A program made the position numbers and the translations under genes. The notes under the pieces were generated by a model. It did not search any database and had not been told where the DNA came from. It saw only the letters and a program-made list of their open reading frames with translations. DNA of 64,000 bases from Eledone cirrhosa (taxonomy: Eukaryota), in NCBI GenBank assembly GCA_964016885.1, contig OZ024742.1, positions 238,390,001-238,454,000 on the forward strand, in the 5' to 3' direction. This document shows, in pieces, positions 53,905 through 64,000 of this stretch; positions within the stretch are counted from its first letter, which is position 1, and each line of letters starts with the position of its first letter.

Positions 53905-54231
53905 CATATATATATCAACATATACATATATATAGATATACATATATATAGATATACATATATATGTATTATATATATATATATATATATATAATATGGG
54001 TAATAGTAAATATTACCCAATTACAAGTATTAAAATAGCTCAATGTAAAATAACAAGTATACTACAGAAGTTTTAAATGTTTTAAATACTCTTTGATTGT
54101 CATTTACATTGTATATGTGTGTGTATATATATATATGATATTCATGAGTGTAAGAAATAAGTTTTACTCATGTTCCAGGTGTATTTTAACTCAATGTTAT
54201 GATAATTGTATCAAACAAAGCCAATGTATAT

Positions 54232-55485
54232 ATGTAATGAGGTGACTAACCAATTTTAAAAGTTTAACACATTTAATTACTGATAATTGATTCTTCCTAT
54301 AAGCATGCACATTTAACAGCAAATTATTTTTTTTATTTAACAATCTGCTGTTAATCAGTACAAACAATAGGAATCATTAGAGTTTATTAAATCCATAAAC
54401 AATCAATAAAATGTATCTAGAGAAATCACTCAAAAATTTTTTTTTTTATAGAGGCATTTAAAGAAGACGCATAATATGTAGTGATTTTAGTTGGAACAAC
54501 AGTAACAACATTTCAAATATGAATTTAAAGATATACAACTTAATCCATGCCATATTCATGCTGGGCAAGAGCTCCATCAATGCAATCAGGATTCAAGTAT
54601 AGTTGCTGCAGAATTATCGTAATATACGAAAAAATATGTGTAAGTGGTGAATAAGTAAATAAATATATAAAAATTATTAACATTAATATTTATGATGTTA
54701 AAGAGAATATATATAGTCTATAATAATTATTAAATAATCAATAATACGTAATGACATGTAATAAAGAATTAAGGAAATATTAAAATATAAAAATGTATAT
54801 TATAAATTTACGGTTTTGTTATATATCTAGGTAAGGGAGGTAAATCAAGGAAATATATCGGTGTCGTTATTAGAATGTATAGTATCTAACCAAAATAACT
54901 ATTTGACTAATTATATTTATAACCCACTGCCTGTCAATATAACTAGCCAAAACACTATTTCTAACCCTATAAATAATATTAACATCGACACCAACCAAAA
55001 TATTACACTCAATAATATTGACCTAAGATCTATAAGCCCTCATACAAACTGTATAATTAATCCAAATTGTAACTGTAGAAATAAAGCACTATGCCCTCTC
55101 AACCGTAATTGTTTAACTTATAAAAAAGTATATGGCTGCAAAGTTAATACATCTCAACACTCTAAACTAAACATAAGAGGAACCTCAAATAGTTTCAAAA
55201 CGTGATATAATTCTCATCTAGACAACCCAAATTAAAACATACGACCTCATTAACTACCTTTATCTGGGAATTGAAAACTAATAACATATGCCTTATACAT
55301 TGAATTGGAAGATGTTAGGAGGAGTCTCAGCTTATAAACCTAGTAATAGAATATGTCGATTATGTCTCCTGGAATCTCAGCTCATCATTAAATAAAGCTA
55401 ACCTCTCGAATAGAAAATCTGAAATGTCCTCTATTTACCCTCATAAAAATTTACCATCTTTCAACTATTGTAAACCTAGTGCTTG

Positions 55486-55555
<70 letters not shown>

Positions 55556-56383
55556 CATATTTATATACTCCAATAATGAATAACTGTTAACTTATACTAT
55601 TTACATTGTATTATTTAAATATTATTATCATAAATAATTAGTGATTCACCGCTGTCATATATTTATACTTACATATAATTGTTATATATGTTATTTAAAT
55701 ATTATCCTTTAATTTTTATTCTTACACAATTTTTTATATATCAATTAATTAAGAAATGACTTCATATTATTCTAATATAAATTCATTAATAACACCGATA
55801 TATTTCCTTGATTTACCTAGATATATAACATAACTGTAAATATAATAATATTTCCTTAATTCTTTATTACGTCATTACGTATTATTGATTATTTAATAAT
55901 TATTATAGACTATATATATTCTCTTTAACATCATAAATATTAATGTTAATAATTTTTATATATTTATTTATTCACCACTTACACAATCTTTTCGTATATA
56001 ATGATAATTATACCGCAACTATACTTGAATCCTGATTACATTGATGGAGCTCTTGCCCAGCATGAATATGGCATGGATTAAGTTGTATATCTTTAAATTC
56101 ATATTTGAAATGGTGTTACTGTTGTTCCAACTAAAATCACTACATATTATGCGTCTTCTTTAAATGCCTCTATAAAAAAAAAGACTTTGAGTGATTTCTC
56201 TAGATACATTTTATTGATTGTTTATGGATTTAATAAACTCTGATGATTCCTATTGTTTGTACTGTCTAACAGCAGATTGTTAAATAAAAAAAATAATTTG
56301 CTGTTAAATGTGCATGCTTATAGGAAGAAACAATTGTCAGTAATTATAATGTTATACTTTTAAAATTGGTTAGTCACTTCATT

Positions 56384-56388
<5 letters not shown>
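54232..56388 (+). mobile_element. Penelope-like element 3' fragment between ~600-bp inverted repeats
   Basis: Arms ~54232-54870 and ~55790-56388 are reverse complements; internal CNCRNKALCPLNRNCL...FIWELK...ICRLCLLE is a PLE GIY-YIG region. Confidence 0.8.
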
Positions 56389-56451
<63 letters not shown>

Positions 56452-56454
<3 letters not shown>

Positions 56455-56781
56455 TTGTCCCCCCCCCCCCGGTATTCGCGGGGTTACGTTCCTAGAGCAA
56501 CCACGAAGAGTGAAAAACCGCGAATATTGGACGTGGTTCATAAAAATGCCTATAAACGCCAAAACATAACGATAAATATAGGCCGCAAATACGGTATATT
56601 TTTCTTAATAATTTAGCGTTAAAAAACGTGAATAAATATATATTACCACGAAAAAAACATTAAAAAACGCGGAAGATATTTACGATTCCGCGAATATGCG
56701 GCTATTTCCACGAACAATTATTAGTTAGATTCTAAGGAAAATTCCGCGAATAACCGGGACCGTGAATGATGGGGTACACTG
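56452..56781. mobile_element. pogo/Tigger-like MITE in (TA)n; right half duplicated at ~57212-57398
   Basis: TA|CAGT...ACTG|TA ends, imperfect TIRs (GTATTCGCGG / CCGCGAATA motifs). Confidence 0.65.
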
Positions 56782-56789
56782 TACACTGT

Positions 56790-56826
<37 letters not shown>

Positions 56827-56833
56827 CATACAT

Positions 56834-56866
<33 letters not shown>

Positions 56867-56904
56867 ATTGTAATGAAGTGACTAACCAATTTTAAAATGT
56901 TAAG

Positions 56905-56957
<53 letters not shown>

Positions 56958-56960
<3 letters not shown>

Positions 56961-57212
56961 TACATATATGATATATATGATATATGATTACATATATGAT
57001 ATAGTTATATGATATACATATATGATTACATATATGATATACATATATGATTACATATATGATTACATATATGATATACATATATGATTACATATATGAT
57101 ATACATATATGATTACATATATGATATACATATATGATTACATATATGATATACATATATGATTACATATATGATATACATATATGATATACATATATGA
57201 TTACATATATGA
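56958..57212. repeat. Minisatellite of alternating GATTACATATAT / GATATACATATAT units
   Basis: Directly visible. Confidence 0.92.
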
Positions 57213-57395
57213 TATTTTTCTTAATAATTTAGCGTTAAAAAACGTGAATAAATATATATTACCACGAAAAAAACATTAAAAAACGCGGAAGATATTTACG
57301 ATTCCGCGAATATGCGGCGATTTCCACGAACAATTATTAGTTAGGTTCTAAGGAAAATTCCGCGAATAACGGGGGGCCGCGAATGATGGGGTACA

Positions 57396-57464
<69 letters not shown>

Positions 57465-57979
57465 CACACACACACATATATATATATAATTGTAATGAAG
57501 TGACTAACCAATTTTAAAATTTTAAGACAATACATATATATACATATATATGTACATATATACATATATATATATATATAAACATATATGATTACGAAGA
57601 CAGGATGCTATTTTTTAATATTTATAATAAAGTCAATAACTATATATATATATATATATATGACATAATTTACCATTACAAAAATATATTGTTTCGCTCC
57701 GCGAACCTACTCGGGGAATAACATTTTACAGTGGAAAATGATATTCTGTGAACAGCTCTTCGGAAAGAAACACGATAATCTTTCCGAAAGGATGCATTAT
57801 CTCAAATAAATGTACATTCACTAGTATATTGTATTGAGTATTCATTTAAAAAGGTTCACCCCCGCTCCTGTAGTGAGTAAAACCCAATATATATATATAT
57901 TATATATATACATATGTATATACACACACACGCACATATATATATATATAATATACATATATATATACATATATATATA

Positions 57980-58025
<46 letters not shown>

Positions 58026-58029
58026 CATA

Positions 58030-58097
<68 letters not shown>

Positions 58098-58105
58098 CAT
58101 ACATA

Positions 58106-58136
<31 letters not shown>

Positions 58137-58141
58137 GATAA

Positions 58142-58210
<69 letters not shown>

Positions 58211-59989
58211 CAATGCTAAACGCAACATAAAGATTCTATATAAGCAAATTTAAAGGACTATGATTTTGTTCACTGCCTGAATATGATGTCTACTGGAAGT
58301 TTAGTTTCGTCAAATGTCTGGTATAATTGTGAAACATTTATCTACAAAAGAGCTTGCATCAACAAACGCACATGTTTAAACACACATATAATATGTATTT
58401 AAAATGAATGAAATACATACATATATCTATGAACATAACTACTTATACATAAATATACGTACAAAAATCTACAAATGCATTCATACATGCAATGGTCTAT
58501 TTAATGCATGGGTTAAAATGCAAATATATCTTTGTTTTTTATTTTTCAATTTTTTTTTTTTTTTTTTAGAAAATGATGGAAAGTTGAAGAAAGTAGAGAA
58601 AAAAGTGTGGAATTTCTAGTGTAAAAAGTAATAAAATTTTTATTAATATTGACATCGTTGTTCTTTGTTCATTCATAAAGTGATGGAGTAATTGTTTACT
58701 GGTGAAGAATCTGGACTAGTACTTTAATTCCCTTTTTTAATCCATACTTTCTCCCTTTTGTTGGGTAACTTCCTCTCCTTTCCAACATGAACTAGCTCCC
58801 ACGGGGGAGGTTGGTGAAGCTATACTACAGTGGAAGAAGCTGGGCTTGTCAGTTGTTGGTGCAGAGCAGGGTAGTTTGAAGCAGAGAGTTTGGGACTAAC
58901 CTTTCAATATTCAAAAAGCCGCTTAATTTCTGGGAGTGCCAAATTTTCGGGGGACTGCTTTGCTCGTGGATCAACATCGGTCGTCTACTCAGTCTGAGTA
59001 AGTTCCGCATTTCCATTGCGCTCAGTCTGAACCGTTATCTGTGAGGGATTTAAATGTCATTGTGACAGGCTCCTTGACATCTCAGTGCAAGCTGCATTGC
59101 CCACCATATCAAGTTGAACCTAATTATCAAGCATGCCCTAACTCGTTTCTAAATCCATCCACCCAATTCTGGAGTCAACGGGTTTCTCCGTGTTTGATGA
59201 GAAGAAGCCAAATGGCCTTACCCTTTTCCTCCGGGTATTAGATAGTTGTCTCACTTGGAATGTTACAGTTAGTGACTCTTTTTGCTTCCTCCTACATCCT
59301 GGATGCTGCCGAACGGAATAAACTTCTAAAATACCAGGAATTATCGGCAAATTTTTTCGAGACGTTTGTTGGAGCTGTGCTGCTGACAACGAGATTCTTC
59401 TCATTGTCGTTGACTCGGCATACCGGTGTACTAGGTGACGCTCGCAAGGGTGCTTGATTATTCCAGTGCCTTAGTCTCACTGTCACTCATGGCAATGATG
59501 CGAATGTATTGAGTTGCCTCAAAGATTATTAGAGGGAAAACTTCAGCGCCCTTTGTTGTGGCATGTAATTGAATGTGCATGTCTTCTACATTTTCGTTTT
59601 TTTTATATAAATTGTGTATGCATAATTATATGATATAAAAGTTGCTTTCTTTTAATTATGAACCTTGTAAGGACCAATGTTAAAATTGACCTACGGCGTC
59701 TGAACCCAGAGCGAAGAGAATATCACAAAACATAATATTCAAATGTTGTAATAACTCTACAAATTCCCTGTCACTGTATTCCTTTTATAGAGGAAGGTAA
59801 AAATGTAAGGATCCTTAACTACTAATGGAATCGTAGGAATTCCGTCATGACACATGGTATACCCTGAACATTAAACCTGCGAGAGCCCATCACTGTCCAG
59901 ATCTAAAACAGCCGATTCCTTCGAGAAAAGGAGAAAATACGGGAGAAAGTGATAAAGAGAAATGAAGAAGAATCAGCTAATGTATTGGA

Positions 59990-60600
59990 GAGGTACTTTA
60001 TTTGTCGACCCCTATAGAGTGAAATGCTAAGTTAACCTCAGCATAATTTGAACTCAGATCACAGTGAGCCTGGAGAAAATACCGAGGCATTTATTCCGAC
60101 TCCGTTACAATTCGACACTTTCACTTTGTAGAAATAACCTTTAATCATTTCAAGTTTTCGAAATACGTTTACAATATTATAATTGTTTCTACGTTTGGCA
60201 CAAGACCAGCAATTATTCCAGTGCATTACTGGTGCTTTATTTTATCTTATGAAAGGCAAAGTTAACCTCGGCAGGATTTGAACTCAAACCGTAAAGGGGC
60301 GTAATTCTAAGCTGCAAAGCATGGCGTCCGACCTTCTACCGACACTGCCAATCCACCGCATTTACGTTTACAATATTATAATGGTTTCAAATTTGGGTAG
60401 AATGCCATCAATTTGACGAGGAAAGCTAAAGTCGATTAAATCAACCCCAGTTCTTTATTTTATCGATCCTTGGAAGGATGAAAGACAAAGTTAATCTCGT
60501 TGTGATGTGAACTCAGAACTTTAAAAAAGCCAGAGCAAATACTGCACTGTGTCATTTTTCTCCGACATTCTAATGATTCTGCCAATCCACCATCCACATA
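59990..60600 (-). mobile_element. Cluster of three SINE family A copies
   Basis: Reverse-complement consensus (GAAAGGCAAAGTTAACCTCGGC.GGATTTGAACTC...CTGCCAATCCACCGC). Confidence 0.75.
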
Positions 60601-60759
60601 ATAATAAAAGAAAGTAAAAGGAAAAAATGAAAAGCTCTGGTGTGATTCTTGGAGTGGAGTATGGGACTTCAGAATGTAGCATATATACGATACTATATAC
60701 TATATATCAAACTATATACTGTGTTATACACTATGCTATGTACTAGCATTGTTCGATCA

Positions 60760-61008
60760 TAGTGGGCGGCACATTTTCGGAGAAAATAAAAGTTGAAATT
60801 ATGAAAAAATAACTTTTTTCCGTTAATAGGTATATTTTACCCGATTTTCTAAGCTCTTAATTGCAGCGAGCGTCTGAGTTCCTAGATTTTCTATGAACTT
60901 CATAACTCCTCAGCGCTATATATAGTTGCTGTAGGGTTGAAGGTAAATGCGTCCGTAGGCGGTATGCCGGTTGAGCACTCGATGCTCGCGCAGAGCAGAG
61001 TATACTAG
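60760..61008 (+). mobile_element. Possible Helitron 3' end
   Basis: GC hairpin GCTCGCGCAGAGC shortly before CTAG|T at 61005-61009; 5' end not identified. Confidence 0.35.
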
Positions 61009-61244
61009 TATAAAGAACGAGGAGTCAGTAATGCATCAAACCACAATTTATTAACATATTACATATGTTTCTCCGTCGATCAGGCAGGATCTGTTACAGA
61101 TATCTGTTCAGATATCTGAAGAACCTTCGAATGCAGAGTCGGATTCGATCTGTAACAGATCCTGCCTCGAACTGATCGACGGAGAAACATATGTAATATG
61201 TTAATAAATTGTGGTTTGATGCATTACTGATTGCTCGTTCTTTA

Positions 61245-61249
<5 letters not shown>
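61006..61249. repeat. Foldback inverted repeat (arms ~61006-61101 / ~61148-61249) abutting (TA)n
   Basis: tagtataaagaacgag...gatctgttacagat pairs with atctgtaacagatc...ctcgttctttatacta. Confidence 0.92.
61112..61199 (+). ncRNA. Type I hammerhead motif within the foldback
   Basis: AUAU-CUGAAGA-aCCuUCGA...UCGAcGGa-GAAA-CAUAUG-UA^AUAU; palindromic stem III. Confidence 0.6.
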
Positions 61250-61330
<81 letters not shown>

Positions 61331-61539
61331 GTGGGAAAGTAGCCCACTAAATATTAACACTTCGAATATTTAATACTGCCGGCACTAGTATCGAGCACCT
61401 TTGGCATACGCTACTTGGCAAATAACTATATGTATCACCTATCCCCCCTTTTTTTCTCTTTCTCGATACGTAAATACTATATATATATATATTGTAGGGT
61501 AAAATGACAGGAGGCCGGATAGGTTGTATTCCTTTAGAT

Positions 61540-61890
61540 TTTATTACTGTTTCAAACAGGGTCAACGCTTTACGGTGAAAAACAATTTCACATGTGCATC
61601 AGAAAACCTGATATATGTATTAACTTGCTCAGACTGCCGTGAGAAGTACATAGGACAAACTAAAAACAGTCTTCGTCAGCGTATGACCATTCATAGATCT
61701 CAAATTAAAATACAGGAATACAGGAATACAGAAAAATAGCATTGAGTGAACACATTGACACCTGCGCCTCGAATGAACAACCCAACTTCAGAAGTTTTCC
61801 CCTCTATAAATTTCAAGACAACGCTACCCACAATCAACGCATTAGCAAAGAATCATACTTTATCACAAAATACGAACCCCGTTTAAATGC
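61540..61890 (+). mobile_element. Penelope-like element GIY-YIG endonuclease fragment
   Basis: FTCASENLIYVLTCSDCREKYIGQTKNSLRQRMTIHR...SEH...RISKESYFITKYEPRLN: LIY-YIG with the conserved R, E and N. Confidence 0.85.
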
Positions 61891-62519
61891 ATCCCCCACA
61901 GACGACACTGCAAGTAAATTTAAGGATTTAAAAATAGGTAGAGTGGATTATGTGGGTTGGTAACCAATGATGAAGTGTATGTACTATGTGTATGCTTACT
62001 GCAGGCATAGAGGCACACATAACAGTATACTGGAATATTTTAGAAGGTATACATAGAAATGCATGAATAAAAGAGTCAAATATTACTGGAAGGAGTTGGG
62101 TGAGGTAATAATTTAGAGAGCAAATAAATGAGTAGGTGGAAAGGGTGGGTAAAGTATACACAAACAGGCACAGGTGCATTCATACATGCACACATACATA
62201 CCTGTGCACATACATACACATACATGCACGTTCACATACCTGCATGTGCGCGTGCATGCATAGTCGTGTGCAGAAAGATACATGTACATATATATATATA
62301 TATGCATGCATATTTATGCACATGCATATCCGTACACAGTCTCACATGAACACACACAGGCCCATGCATGTACCTATATGGAGAGGAGGTGGGGGGATTG
62401 TCTGCATCCATGCTCCCACGTGAGCCCATGTGAGAAGAGGAGTTGGTAGGATTGTCTGCACATACCCACTTAAATGTATCATACATTGCAGTATTTCGAT
62501 ATTGTTCTTTAGGTTTGGG

Positions 62520-62890
62520 TTTCAAATTCTGCTAAAATCAACTTTGAATTTCATCCTTCCAAGATCAATAAAACAAAGTACCAGTCAAGTATTAGGGTCG
62601 ATTTAATCGACTTTCTCTTCCCCAAAAAATTGTTAGCCTCGTGCCTAAATCAGAAACCAATATTATCGGCAGGATTTGAACTCAGAACGCAAAGGGCTGA
62701 AACTACCTGCTTTGCGGCATACAGTTACGGTCCTTTGCGTTCTGAGCTCAAATCCCGCCGAGGTCACCTTTGCCATTCCTTTTTATGGGCTTGGTAAAAT
62801 AAAGTACCGGTAACGCACTGGAGTCGATTTAATTGACTTTCCTTTTCCCCTCCAATTGCTAACCTTATGTCAAAAGTAGAAACAATTATA
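62520..62890 (+). mobile_element. SINE family A fragments, including a short internal inversion (~62667-62765)
   Basis: Consensus match; GGCAGGATTTGAACTCAGAACGCAAAGG pairs with CCTTTGCGTTCTGAGCTCAAATCCCGCC. Confidence 0.7.
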
Positions 62891-63289
62891 TTATCCATTA
62901 CACAGATTTTACTTCATTTTGGTTTTATGTACTGTCGTCATTAAAAAATATTATTGAATAACTACAGTTTGGAAACCTTTTCCACTTGTCTATTATCACC
63001 AGTTTCTTTACCAATCAAATAAGCTGTTATGGTATTTTGATAAATGTAGCTACTAATGATAACTTGCTACATTGGTCCCAATTTAACAGCCAGGAGCAAC
63101 AACAGCAGCCAAAATCGACTTAATTAGCTCCCTTAACAAACACAGAAACCAGCTAATTCCATGTCCACTTCTATATAAATGTAACCAGAGTCAATCTTAA
63201 CTATAATAAAGAAAGGAGTGCGGGATTGCGTCCAGAATATATGTTTTTTACCCCGTTTGTAAAATAAGTTGGATTACTTTGAATAAATA

Positions 63290-63680
63290 ACTGTTTCTAC
63301 TTTAGGCACAAGGCCAGCAATTACCCAGTGCATTACTGGTACTTTATTTTATCGACCCCGTAAGGGTGAAAGGCAAAGTCAACCTCGGCGGGATTTGAAC
63401 TCAGATCGTAAGGGGACATAACTATGCTGGAAAGCATGGCGTCCGACCCTCTACCGATACTGCTAATCCACCGCCATTACTTTGAATAAATAATTGTTTC
63501 TACTTTAGGCACAAGGCCAGCAATTATCCAGTGCATTACTGGTACTTTATTTTATCGACCCCGTAAGGATGAAAGGCAAAGTAAACCTCGGCGGGATTTG
63601 AACTCAGACTGTAAAGGGACGCAACTATGCTGGAAAGCATGGCGTCCGACTCTCTACCGATACTGCCAATCCACCGCCCT
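63290..63680 (-). mobile_element. Two tandem full-length SINE family A copies
   Basis: Two ~200-bp near-identical units, each flanked by TTTGAATAAATAA. Confidence 0.85.
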
Positions 63681-64000
63681 TTGAATAAATAATGAATGAA
63701 TATTACATAATTTATGCGTTAAATTTCGTGGCTGTTGATAAAATATATTTTATAGCTTATTTTAAAATCTTTCAAATTCACTTCTTTAAAATTTTCAAAT
63801 GTCAACATTTCCGGTTAGCGGCCGTTATATTATAACATATTTAAAAAATATCGCATATATTTCCGTCGCTAATTTTCTCCTAATGCAGTTTATATATAAT
63901 ATCGTCTTTTTTAAAATGTATCATGGATTACGTTATTGATTACAGAAGACAGTGTAACATAAACTTCGTTCAATTTCTGCGTATATTGTCAATTACGATT

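Noticed and set aside
56025-56082. Hammerhead-like remnant CTGATTA...GAATATGGCATGGATT in the PLE inverted repeat
   Set aside because: Both core boxes are mutated; too degenerate to call.

Overview
AT-rich, microsatellite-dense eukaryotic genomic DNA. A mollusc, probably an octopus, is inferred from the SINE families; this is not proven. The only host gene is the 3' part of a + strand TRPC3/6/7-like cation channel. Nine exons were assembled by eye (3877-37780) with GT-AG boundaries and consistent phases, and they include the TRP box EWKFAR. The rest is transposon-derived: (TAA/TTA)n-associated Tx1/L1-clade and R4/Dong-clade LINEs, Penelope-like element (PLE) GIY-YIG remnants, an RTE fragment, tRNA-derived SINEs, a decayed hAT-like transposon, two MITEs and a non-autonomous Helitron. 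The main finding is a set of type I hammerhead ribozyme motifs. Nine are repeated once per unit in an ~8.9 kb intronic array of ~1003-bp units, which begins and ends with the ribozyme module and is bounded by (TA)n (retrozyme-like). About eight more, plus degenerate ones, sit beside (TA)n tracts or inside foldback palindromes. All calls were made by eye, without folding software or database searches.
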